Shown here piece by piece: positions 16,737-24,978 of a DNA stretch of 32,000 nucleotides (position 1 is its first letter; every line of letters starts with the position of its first letter). This DNA is from Ignicoccus hospitalis KIN4/I. GTDB taxonomy: Archaea > Thermoproteota > Thermoprotei_A > Sulfolobales > Ignicoccaceae. The DNA is taken from the NCBI RefSeq assembly GCF_000017945.1, contig NC_009776.1, forward strand, positions 1-32,000. The letters run 5' to 3'. A program made the position numbers and the translations under genes. Under the pieces are notes generated by a model that ran no database searches, was not told the origin of the DNA, and saw nothing but the letters and a program-made list of their open reading frames with translations.

Positions 16737-19700
16737 ATGAGGCTAGCATTGCTATTAATACTGATGACGTTCTCTGTGTTCGCCTCGCAGTACTCAGTAT
16801 CGCTCTCTAATCTGACGCCCGTAAAAATCACCAACGCATACGAATATAAGGTCCTAGACGGTACCATAGGAAGTCCGGAGAAATTCTGGTTCTCGCGACC
16901 CAACGTCATCTTCACCTACGCGAACGGGGAGTTGAACAAGTACACTATCACCGACAGAGGGGTCTCCTTAGTGTCTTCAAAGAAGTTGGACAACGTAGTA
17001 TGGGCCCTCCAACAGAACGAAACGAGGGTTATTATAGTAACTAACTCATCCATATTAATAACCAATAACGCCTTGGACGTCTTACACAAGATCGACTTCG
17101 ACGCCGAGGGCTTCAGGGCCGCGGGGAAATCCGAAAGGTGTTCTTGGTTCTCGAGCTCTGGGAAGCTCCTGAAAGTATGTCCATCCAACTTGAAGGTCTA
17201 CGACCTCCCCCGAGGAACGTTCGGCGTATTAAAGCCAGGAGGGATCTCGTTCTACCCCCTTTGGAAGCTAGCGGGAGCTTGCAAAGTTAACGTCACGAGC
17301 TTCCAAGAGTCATTTATAAACAACATTACGTTCGTGCTCCTAAAGTCTGAGCGCAGTTCTAAGCTAGCCAAAATAGTCTGGAGGGGAGGGCCCCGCCTAC
17401 TCAATTGTAAAGAATTAGGTCGCGAGGCCTACCTATCTAATACGTCGCTCGTCTTAACCCTCGGAGGAAGTGTTGGCATAAAATACGTTGATCTGGCAGA
17501 AAACGTCACGTTCACGCTCTTTGGAGCATCGTTAGCCAAGCTCCTCGGCCTCTCTCGCTCACCTCTTGGATACGAGGCTTACGTCCTACTCGTCAAGCCC
17601 CAAGGAGGCGGCGATCTCCTACTCTCTTTGAGAGCCAAGGATAGTAACCCCATGTTCGCGACGTTCTCAGAAAACATGTTCTGTACCCCCTTACCCAGTT
17701 TCATCTGCTTCCCTGAGGAACTGGCCTACAGGCCGATCTCTTTCCAAGACGTAGCCTCTCCGCACAGCGCCGTAGAGGTGGCGCTCACCAAGCGCTTCGT
17801 GGAGGTCGCAGGAGAGAGCTCTGTGGAAGTGAACTTAAAGCCCCTCTCTGCTCCCAATAAAGCCTACACGCTGAGGTTGAGCATACAAGAACCCTCCAAG
17901 ACCGTCTTGCTGCCCAGCGACACGTACGAGTTAAACGTGAAGAGTAAGATAGGACGCGTCGTGTTGTTCGTCGGGGCCCCTCCTCCCGGAACAGACTTCG
18001 ACCCTCCAGTAATAAGAGTGGAGATAACCCCGGACGTGATCATACCCTACGTATACAAGTTGAAGATAAAAGTAGTAGACGAGCAGACGGGCAACCCGCT
18101 TCCAGGGGCACTGGTTTACGTCAGTGGGGTTACCGTAAGAGGAAAGAGGCTCCAGCTAGGCCCCCAAGTAACGGACGCCAACGGGACTGTGGTCCTTCAC
18201 TTGGAAAAGGGCACGTACATGATAAGGGTAGTTAAAGACTACTATAAACCAGTAGTCATAAGGAATTTGGTCCTAGACAACGATAAATCAATAGCAGTAA
18301 AGATGATAATTAAGGGAACTGACGTAAAGATCAAAGTCATGAGTAAGGGCGCTCCGCCCTTCATACCTAAGGGTCCCATAGCAAATGCGACCGTATCGAT
18401 TCAAGGTAGGATAGCTTTAGAGAAGAAAACCGACAAGAACGGCCTAGCAGAGGTCGTGCTCCTTCCGGGGACGTATACACTAAGAGCAAGCGCACCCTTA
18501 CATAAACCTCATACAGAAACGCTCAACGTAGTACCCAGTAACAAACCCTTAGTGAAAGAAGTAACTCTAGATCCCATACTTTACAACTTGACGCTCGTGA
18601 TAAAAGACTCACTAACGGGAAGGCTCGTCATACCGTCGTTGATCTCCATAACTTCGCTTACCAGCGGACTTTCAAAAGTGATTAAGAACCCCGCCACCGG
18701 GACTGTCTTGGTCACATTACCCCCAGACGTATATTCCATAAAGGTATTGGCTAAGAACTACTTGCCCTTCGAGGAGACCTATAACATCTCAAAAAGCATG
18801 ACTCTGACCATACCTCTAAAGCTAAAGACGGTCAAAGTACGTATTATGGTATTCGACGAGCTCAAAAATTTAGTGCCCGCATTTAACATAACTCTAGTGA
18901 ACCAAGCGTTAGGCTTGAAATTCGAGTTCAGCTTAACCAGCGAGAACAACACCGTGAGCGTCCCGCCGGGTACGTATAGGCTGACAATATCAGCTAAGGG
19001 CTATGAGCCCTTGACTACGACTGTGACTATTTCCGAAAACACTAAAGTATTGCAACTAACAATAGCCCACAAATCGTTCAACGTAGTGATTAAAGCAAAG
19101 ACGGACGATAAGCTACTCTACGAGTTCATATTCTACTGTGAGGGCCAAGTTCAAGGCGGACCCCTCTTCGAGCCCTTGCCGCTACCCAGGATGACTAAGC
19201 CCTCCCTCCAGGCCACCATAAGGGTTCCGAGAGGCACTTACATGGCCACTCTGACGTGCTACTCCGCGACGAAGGAGAAGGCCGCCACCGGGAGCGCCAC
19301 GTTCACAGTACCGACGAACGCCGTAGTGGAGGTCCCCTTAACCCCTACTAAGACCTCAGTTGCCGTGACAGTGTTAGACGTAAGGACGAACAAGCCCGTA
19401 GTTAGGGCCACGGTAAAGTTGTACTACGGACAGAACAAGCTGTTGATAGGAGAAGGAATGACGGACGCCACGGGAAGGGCCATAATTAACGTCAATACTT
19501 ATTACATGGGTAAGCCGGTAGAAATAGTCATCACGGCCCCAGGGTACCAAGAGTACCGCTCCTCGGTGATTCTGACGAGACAACTCCCAGTAGTTTACCT
19601 AAAGCCTGCGCCAACAATCATCGAGACCATACTGGGCAACCCAGTACTACTAATAGCAGTCGTACTGGTAGGCGCGGCCGGAGCGTATTTGGCTTCGATG

Positions 19701-19751
19701 TTCGTGGGTAGGGGAGGCGAGGAGGAGGAGATATTTGAGGAGCTCGTCTAG
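16737..19751 (+). CDS. Large secreted, C-terminally membrane-anchored surface protein with carboxypeptidase-regulatory-like (Ig-like) repeats
   Basis: The ATG at 16737 gives a signal-peptide-like MRLALLLILMTFSVFASQ. At least 5 repeats have the pattern V-x-D-x-x-T/N-x-P...TD-x-x-G...PGTY-x-(L/I)-x... (nt ~18060-19580). The C-terminus has a TM segment (PVLLIAVVLVGAAGAYLASMFV) and an acidic tail. I count 13 N-x-S/T sequons. Confidence 0.8.
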   Translation: MRLALLLILMTFSVFASQYSVSLSNLTPVKITNAYEYKVLDGTIGSPEKFWFSRPNVIFTYANGELNKYTITDRGVSLVSSKKLDNVVWALQQNETRVIIVTNSSILITNNALDVLHKIDFDAEGFRAAGKSERCSWFSSSGKLLKVCPSNLKVYDLPRGTFGVLKPGGISFYPLWKLAGACKVNVTSFQESFINNITFVLLKSERSSKLAKIVWRGGPRLLNCKELGREAYLSNTSLVLTLGGSVGIKYVDLAENVTFTLFGASLAKLLGLSRSPLGYEAYVLLVKPQGGGDLLLSLRAKDSNPMFATFSENMFCTPLPSFICFPEELAYRPISFQDVASPHSAVEVALTKRFVEVAGESSVEVNLKPLSAPNKAYTLRLSIQEPSKTVLLPSDTYELNVKSKIGRVVLFVGAPPPGTDFDPPVIRVEITPDVIIPYVYKLKIKVVDEQTGNPLPGALVYVSGVTVRGKRLQLGPQVTDANGTVVLHLEKGTYMIRVVKDYYKPVVIRNLVLDNDKSIAVKMIIKGTDVKIKVMSKGAPPFIPKGPIANATVSIQGRIALEKKTDKNGLAEVVLLPGTYTLRASAPLHKPHTETLNVVPSNKPLVKEVTLDPILYNLTLVIKDSLTGRLVIPSLISITSLTSGLSKVIKNPATGTVLVTLPPDVYSIKVLAKNYLPFEETYNISKSMTLTIPLKLKTVKVRIMVFDELKNLVPAFNITLVNQALGLKFEFSLTSENNTVSVPPGTYRLTISAKGYEPLTTTVTISENTKVLQLTIAHKSFNVVIKAKTDDKLLYEFIFYCEGQVQGGPLFEPLPLPRMTKPSLQATIRVPRGTYMATLTCYSATKEKAATGSATFTVPTNAVVEVPLTPTKTSVAVTVLDVRTNKPVVRATVKLYYGQNKLLIGEGMTDATGRAIINVNTYYMGKPVEIVITAPGYQEYRSSVILTRQLPVVYLKPAPTIIETILGNPVLLIAVVLVGAAGAYLASMFVGRGGEEEEIFEELV

Positions 19752-20838
19752 ATTGGAGGTCCCAATCACCGAAGAACACACTTACAAAGTAATAATCGGG
19801 AGGAACGTCTTCAAAGAAGTCGAGAGCGCCTTGCCGGAGAACGTTAAGCCGTGTCTCGCGGTGGTAGGCGAAGGGGTGGCAAAGGGCGCACGGTGGGTCC
19901 TCAAAGAGGCGAGCGCAGTCTTCCCCCATTGGGAGATACTCAAGGACGGCGAGGCCGCGAAGGATCTGAGCGTGGCCTTGAACATTATTAGAAAGCTCTG
20001 GGAACTGAAGGCCGACCGCTGGTGTGCCCTAGGAGTGATAGCCGGGGGCAGCTTAGGCGATACAGCCTCCTTCGCTGCCTCCGTCTACATGAGGGGGATA
20101 CCGTTGATCCAGTTCCCCACGACGCTGTTAGCCATGATAGACAGCTCGCTGGGCGGAAAAACTGCGGTTAACTTCGAAGGCTTTAAAAACGTACTGGGCT
20201 CGTTCTACCACCCGTGGTTAGTAGTTGATGACTTGAGGTTTCTGGACACCTTACCGGACAGAGTCTTCAAATCCAGCATGGCAGAAGCAATAAAGTACGG
20301 AATCACTTTGAATCCCGAGTTCTTGAAGTACTTAAAAGACAACAGCTCGAAGATCTTGGCGAGAGACGACGAATACGTATCGAAAGTTATTGCAGAAAGT
20401 GTCAAAACAAAGCTCGAAGTGGTTAGGAAGGACCCCAGAGAACGAAAGGGAGTCCGAGAGGTGCTGAACTTCGGCCACACCGTAGGCCACGCCCTCGAGT
20501 CGGCCTCCAAGTTCGAGCTGCTCCACGGCGAAGCCGTGGCCCTCGGAATGGTCGTCGAGACCTTATACGCCGAGAGGGTAGGGGCGTGTTCCTCTTGTTA
20601 CGAAGCCTTAGAGGGCGCGCTCTCGGCTTATTCGTTAACCCAAGTTAAGGCTCCTAAGATGACCATAGAAGAGTACAAAGCTATGATACTGAAGGACAAG
20701 AAGAGGGTAGGCGACCGCTTGAGGTTACCCTTACTAGAGGGGGTGGGAAGGTGGAGGCTGGAGCTGGTCCCCTTGGACGAATTCGTCGAGACCACGTTCA
20801 AAATCATGGAAGAAGTGTTTTGGTCAGAGGACTTCTAA
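19735..20838 (+). CDS. aroB: 3-dehydroquinate synthase
   Basis: GGSLGDTASFAASVYMRGIPLIQFPTTLLAMIDSSLGGKTAVNF, KNVLGSFYHP, NFGHTVGHALE and LHGEAVALGM. TTG at 19735 overlaps the upstream stop; TTG at 19753 is an alternative start. Confidence 0.9.
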   Translation: MRSSSRLEVPITEEHTYKVIIGRNVFKEVESALPENVKPCLAVVGEGVAKGARWVLKEASAVFPHWEILKDGEAAKDLSVALNIIRKLWELKADRWCALGVIAGGSLGDTASFAASVYMRGIPLIQFPTTLLAMIDSSLGGKTAVNFEGFKNVLGSFYHPWLVVDDLRFLDTLPDRVFKSSMAEAIKYGITLNPEFLKYLKDNSSKILARDDEYVSKVIAESVKTKLEVVRKDPRERKGVREVLNFGHTVGHALESASKFELLHGEAVALGMVVETLYAERVGACSSCYEALEGALSAYSLTQVKAPKMTIEEYKAMILKDKKRVGDRLRLPLLEGVGRWRLELVPLDEFVETTFKIMEEVFWSEDF

Positions 20839-21534
20839 CCCTATGGCCAGCGCGGGGCCCGCTTCGGGTCCGTAGTACTTCTCGTAGACCTTGAGTCCCT
20901 CCTCGACGCTCAGCCCGGGCAACACTCTGTCCTCGCTTTCCAACATTTCTTTAAAATTCTTGTACATTACCAACTTCTTTACTTTAGCGTACAAGAGCTT
21001 GCCCGACTGAACGCTCTTAAACTGGATGACGTGACCCACGCGAAGCCTCTTCCTCTTTTCATCATAAACCCTGCCCTCGACCACCTTTTCCCCAGAGGCG
21101 ATCAGTTCGAACCAACGCTCCTCCAACTTCATCCGATGAACATCGTCCGACCGGAGCACCGCCGCGCCGAAGGGTTCGATGTGGTCGTCCTCCTCTAGGA
21201 GCCTAACGTCTTGAAAGGGTGCATCGCCTCTGTAAGGGCTCTCGCCCACCACGAAGTCCACGTGAACGGCCTCGGGCACTTTCCAAAAGCCCGCCGACGT
21301 GCGCCCGTCAGTAACCACAGCTCCCCGAGGCGTTATTAGTACGGAGAACGGGAGGAGGTCGAGCCACCCCTCCGTGGGGCGCTGACAGATCTTGCCCAGC
21401 GGACACGCGTAATAGGAGTCTCCCTCGTCAAATATCCCTACAGCGTAGTTACAGACGTCGTCGTTGACGTCCAAACACAAGGCGTATTTGGAGTGGTGAA
21501 CTACGAACCCGCTTCCGGCCCTCCTGATTATCAA
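20824..21534 (-). CDS. ASCH (PUA-like) domain protein with an uncharacterised ~125-aa N-terminal extension
   Basis: The C-terminal half (MKLEERWFELIASGEKVVEGRVYDEKRKRLRVGHVIQFK...) fits the ASCH pattern. The N-terminal half has coding-like codon usage but no motif I recognise. TTG start. An internal ATG would give a stand-alone ~110-aa ASCH protein. Confidence 0.6.
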   Translation of the reverse strand: MIIRRAGSGFVVHHSKYALCLDVNDDVCNYAVGIFDEGDSYYACPLGKICQRPTEGWLDLLPFSVLITPRGAVVTDGRTSAGFWKVPEAVHVDFVVGESPYRGDAPFQDVRLLEEDDHIEPFGAAVLRSDDVHRMKLEERWFELIASGEKVVEGRVYDEKRKRLRVGHVIQFKSVQSGKLLYAKVKKLVMYKNFKEMLESEDRVLPGLSVEEGLKVYEKYYGPEAGPALAIGLEVL

Positions 21535-21591
21535 GGCCCTTTCGGGTCAGACGTATTTACTCGCGCTTATATTGAGTGGTGGCGGGGCTCG

Positions 21592-22017
21592 GTGCCCTTC
21601 AAAGTATACCAGAAGATCTTAACTTTCTCCTCTACGAAGAGGAAGGAGCTAATCGACATAACTAGGGAAGTCGAAAGGGCCGTGGCCGAGTCCGGGGTAG
21701 AAGAGGGAACGTGCATGGTCTTCGTGCCCCACGCCACGGCAGCAGTGATAGCAAACGAACACGAACACGGACTGATGTCCGACATACTGAGGGCGCTAAC
21801 CGAATTGGTCCCCCCGGACAAGGGCTGGGAGCACAACAAGATAGACGACAACGCGGACGCACACATATTGGCATCTATAATAGGGCCATCGCGCTGTTTC
21901 CCAGTAAGCGGGGGCAGGCTGGTAAGGGGGACTTGGCAGAACGTCTTCTTGGTCGAACTCGACGGCCCTCGCCACTCTAGGAAGGTAATCGTTACTGTAA
22001 TGGGTGAAGGGAAATGA
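21592..22017 (+). CDS. YjbQ/UPF0047 family protein (secondary thiamine-phosphate synthase-like)
   Basis: [13 protein letters not shown]...[20 protein letters not shown]...[12 protein letters not shown]...[15 protein letters not shown]. The ORF is open from 21493, but GTG 21592 gives the family-typical N-terminus and removes the overlap with the divergent gene. A CTTATATT box lies 20-27 nt upstream. Confidence 0.8.
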   Translation: MPFKVYQKILTFSSTKRKELIDITREVERAVAESGVEEGTCMVFVPHATAAVIANEHEHGLMSDILRALTELVPPDKGWEHNKIDDNADAHILASIIGPSRCFPVSGGRLVRGTWQNVFLVELDGPRHSRKVIVTVMGEGK

Positions 22018-23168
22018 GGCTTTACGTAGCGTCCGAAGAAGACATACTCTCCGGCAACGCGACAGACATATACTTCAAGAGGACCGTCGAAGTAGTCAAG
22101 AAGTCCGGAAAAGACAAGAAAGTCAGAATGGAATTTCACGCCTACAGCCTCCCGAAGGGGTACGAGTGGGGAGTTTTCGCCGGCCTGGAAGAGGCGCTAT
22201 ACGTCCTAAGGGGGAGGGACGTCACGGTCTACTCACTGCCAGAGGGAACGCTGTTCTTCCGAAAGGAACCCATCATGGTGATCGAGGGCAAGTACTCGGA
22301 GTTTGGCGAGCTGGAGACCGCGCTCTTGGGAATAATAAGGCACTCTACCTCGATAGCCACCAAGGCCGCTAGAATAAAGCTGGCCGCCGGAGACAAGAAG
22401 GTTTTGTTCTTCGGGTTGAGGGCGCTACACCCGGCCATACAGCCGGTCGCCGACAGGGCGGCCTTTATAGGCGGAGTGGACGGGGTGGCCGGCGCGCTGA
22501 GCGAGAAGTTCTTAGGCTTGAAGCCCCAAGGAACTATGCCCCACGCATTAATTGTAATATTCGGGGACGAGGAGAGCGCTTGGAAGGCCTTCGACGAGGC
22601 CTTGCCCGAGGAGGTACCAAGAATAGCCTTGGTTGACACCTTCTGTGACGAGAGGGAGAGCGCGCTCAAGGCGGCAAGGGTGTTGAAAGAGAAGCTGAAG
22701 GGGGTGAGGCTCGACACGCCGAGCTCTAGGAGGGGAAACATGAGGGCAATAGTGGAAGAGGTCAAGTGGACTTTGAGGCTACACGGCCTCGAGGTGCCCA
22801 TAATAGTCAGCGGAGGCCTCGACGAAGAGAAGGTAGAGGAGCTGAGGGACCTCGTAGACGCCTTCGGGGTCGGCACCAGCATAGCGTTCCCGCCGAGCGT
22901 GGACGTGTCAGCGGACATAGTGGAGGTGCTCGAAGGGGACAAGTGGGTCCCGAGGTCGAAGAGGGGGAAGCTGCCGGGCTTCAAGCAGCTCTTCCGGGAC
23001 CGCTGCTTCAAAGACGAAGTCCTCCCCTGGGGCTCCGAGGGCAAAGGGACCCCTCTCCTCACCAAGGTAATGGAGGGCGGCGAAGTGGTGACGAAGCTAC
23101 CAAAGATAACTGAGATTAGGGATTACGTCTTGCGTCAGCTCGAAGAGCTCAAGACTTGCAGAGCTTGA
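22014..23168 (+). CDS. pncB: Nicotinate phosphoribosyltransferase (archaeal type)
   Basis: 384-aa ORF. N-terminal [15 protein letters not shown] and DT...VSGGL, as in the NAPRTase/QPRTase fold family. ATGA start/stop overlap with the YjbQ gene. Confidence 0.85.
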   Translation: MRLYVASEEDILSGNATDIYFKRTVEVVKKSGKDKKVRMEFHAYSLPKGYEWGVFAGLEEALYVLRGRDVTVYSLPEGTLFFRKEPIMVIEGKYSEFGELETALLGIIRHSTSIATKAARIKLAAGDKKVLFFGLRALHPAIQPVADRAAFIGGVDGVAGALSEKFLGLKPQGTMPHALIVIFGDEESAWKAFDEALPEEVPRIALVDTFCDERESALKAARVLKEKLKGVRLDTPSSRRGNMRAIVEEVKWTLRLHGLEVPIIVSGGLDEEKVEELRDLVDAFGVGTSIAFPPSVDVSADIVEVLEGDKWVPRSKRGKLPGFKQLFRDRCFKDEVLPWGSEGKGTPLLTKVMEGGEVVTKLPKITEIRDYVLRQLEELKTCRA

Positions 23169-23634
23169 ACAAGTCGTCCCCCAAGTAGTGTAAGTTCTTA
23201 ATTACTTTACCCCTTTCCATCTTTTCGGCCTCTTCCTTGTCATAGAGGGCTAACCCGACGGCTATGGGAAACTTTAAGTTCTCTGACCTTACCAACACCA
23301 CGTCTCCCTTTTTGAAGTCACCTTCAAAGGAGATTATTCCGGGCCTCATGACGTCCGCTCCCCTAGTGACGTAGGGCACCGCCCCCTTGTCCACCACCAC
23401 TGAGGGCCCTTCAACGTCGTTCCCGCACAAGACCGGAAGGTACTTGTCGTCCTTAACCCAGAACGTGGGCTTCCCTTCAACGAAGTAAACCACGTACTCC
23501 TTCTCGGTCTCAGTACGAACTTTTACTTCCTCTACTTTTTGGTCCACGGTGAACCTAGCCCAAGGAAGGCCCTCCACCTTCTTTAAGAGGAGTTTTTTCT
23601 CCTTCTTCGAGAGGGGCCTCCTTAACAACCTCAT
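23149..23634 (-). CDS. PUA-domain RNA-binding protein (Tma20/MCT-1-like, COG2016-type)
   Basis: ATG at 23634 gives [19 protein letters not shown].... The C-terminus has PUA signatures ([22 protein letters not shown]...GDVVLV). The 67-codon upstream extension of the ORF looks non-coding. Confidence 0.8.
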   Translation of the reverse strand: MRLLRRPLSKKEKKLLLKKVEGLPWARFTVDQKVEEVKVRTETEKEYVVYFVEGKPTFWVKDDKYLPVLCGNDVEGPSVVVDKGAVPYVTRGADVMRPGIISFEGDFKKGDVVLVRSENLKFPIAVGLALYDKEEAEKMERGKVIKNLHYLGDDLFKLCKS

Positions 23635-23815
23635 GCCTTTAACCGTGGGGTGTAACCCTTCTGGGGATGAAGAGCCGTTGGGCGACTGAACGACTTGATG
23701 TAGAAGTATTCTTCTCCGGCTACCGACCCCCAGTCGATAACGGCTTAACAACGGCCCGAACCTTGACGCGCCGACTTTTAGCCTTAACTTTATGGGGTAC
23801 ACCGTGTGATTCGGG

Positions 23816-24517
23816 TTGGAGGCCGCACACACCAAAGGCGTTGAGTGTTTGGAGTTGGAGAGGTACGGCTCCGAAGTATGTCACATAGCTTCTATACCAC
23901 TGGAGGCGTTGAAGGACTACCTCAAGTGTGAGGACTTGAAAGAGTGCGGGGGACTCGTTCAGAGTGCCTTCCTCTTAAGGGGCATATCGTATAAGAGCCT
24001 TAACGAGCTGGCCTCCGCGTGTAACTTACCACTACTTCAAGAAGGCCCGCGGGCGACGGAGCTTAGGATCTTGGAAGCTCTGGGAGCGAAAACTTTTAGC
24101 GAGGCGCGTGAGAAGATACTAGAATTGTCGAGTGATTTCAAGTACATAGAAGATACCGTAAATAGGTTGTTCGTAGTGCCCCAAGGCAAAATAACCGAGA
24201 CCTTGGACAAGTATTGCCTTAAGTTTGGCCTGAACTTAAACGATGAGTTCTGTGAGATGGCTCTAATGAACGAATTCTTCTACTTCCAAGCTTTAGTAAG
24301 GTTCGTCGAGTGCAGAGCTAACGGAAACGCCCTTCCTACTTGTGAGTACTTGCTACCGAAGTCGCTGAGGGTCGAAGGGGTGCTAGCCCTCAAGCTCGAC
24401 GACCTAGAGTGCTTGGAAAAAGTCGCAATGAAGCCTGAAGTCTCCGAAGAGACTAGAGAGGTGGTGAGGGCTATCCTCTCGCTGATAGAAAGGAAGTACG
24501 GCGTAGTATTACCGTAG
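23816..24517 (+). CDS. Hypothetical Cys-rich protein (10 Cys in 233 aa)
   Basis: TTG start at 23816, about 25 nt downstream of the A/T box CTTAACTTTAT (23783-23793). No motif recognised. Confidence 0.5.
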   Translation: MEAAHTKGVECLELERYGSEVCHIASIPLEALKDYLKCEDLKECGGLVQSAFLLRGISYKSLNELASACNLPLLQEGPRATELRILEALGAKTFSEAREKILELSSDFKYIEDTVNRLFVVPQGKITETLDKYCLKFGLNLNDEFCEMALMNEFFYFQALVRFVECRANGNALPTCEYLLPKSLRVEGVLALKLDDLECLEKVAMKPEVSEETREVVRAILSLIERKYGVVLP

Positions 24518-24605
24518 CGCCTTTCTGAATTAGTCTCTAAAACTTACTAGAGTAAAAACGGGATATGCTTTGTGTAACCCCACCCTCGCTCAGCCAGTCG
24601 TCGTG

Positions 24606-24944
24606 ATGAGGTCCTCTTACGACGGCTCTTGGTGGATCGTAGAAGGTAAGAGCGTTAGAAAGCTCCGCGAGGACGACCTCGTAGGCGCGCTGTCGGACTG
24701 TGAAGTGCGCGGTAGCGCGACCTACTGTCCTAAGGAGGCGCTGCTCCTCGTTTGGAGCAGGAACGGGAGTTGCGCAGTGGGCTTGAAGGGCGTGATCCCG
24801 GAGGACCCCGACGCTTGGTGTAACCTAGCGCGGCTGGCGGAGCTCTTGAGAGAGAAGCTTCCGGAGCCGGTAATAGTGGAAGACGTTTACGCCGCGGCTG
24901 CCCAACTAATTTGGAGCTCCGAAGGGGTAACGGCATCGACATAA
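24606..24944 (+). CDS. Hypothetical small protein
   Basis: The ORF is open from TTG 24570, and the first ATG is at 24606. It has 4 Cys after the ATG and no recognisable motif. It lies 34 nt upstream of the AOR gene. Confidence 0.45.
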   Translation: MRSSYDGSWWIVEGKSVRKLREDDLVGALSDCEVRGSATYCPKEALLLVWSRNGSCAVGLKGVIPEDPDAWCNLARLAELLREKLPEPVIVEDVYAAAAQLIWSSEGVTAST

Positions 24945-24978
24945 GCTCTGTGATTGGGACAGTACCCGGGAAGCGTTT

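Noticed and set aside
21567-22139. 190-aa ORF antisense to the YjbQ gene and the pncB start.
   Set aside because: It is a shadow ORF. It overlaps two motif-supported genes and has no recognisable features.
22229-23065. 278-aa ORF antisense to the NAPRTase gene. The 22004-22372 and 22766-23113 + frame ORFs are similar.
   Set aside because: The translation is Ser/Pro/Leu-rich or Arg/Gly-rich and lies inside a confidently identified gene, so it is a shadow ORF.
23674-23750. The hairpin followed by ACA looked like an archaeal H/ACA guide RNA.
   Set aside because: With the stems that actually pair, the distance from the base of the upper stem to the ACA is about 27 nt rather than the ~14-16 nt rule. 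The alternative pocket is only 2-3 nt, and I see no convincing K-turn or K-loop (tandem G-A) in the upper stem. It is kept only as a generic structured spacer.
23635-23835. The 67-codon N-terminal extension of the PUA ORF, and the 24-codon extension (10959-11030) of the ORF upstream of aCPSF1.
   Set aside because: The extensions have non-protein-like composition or overlap the neighbouring divergent gene. Internal ATGs give family-typical N-termini.
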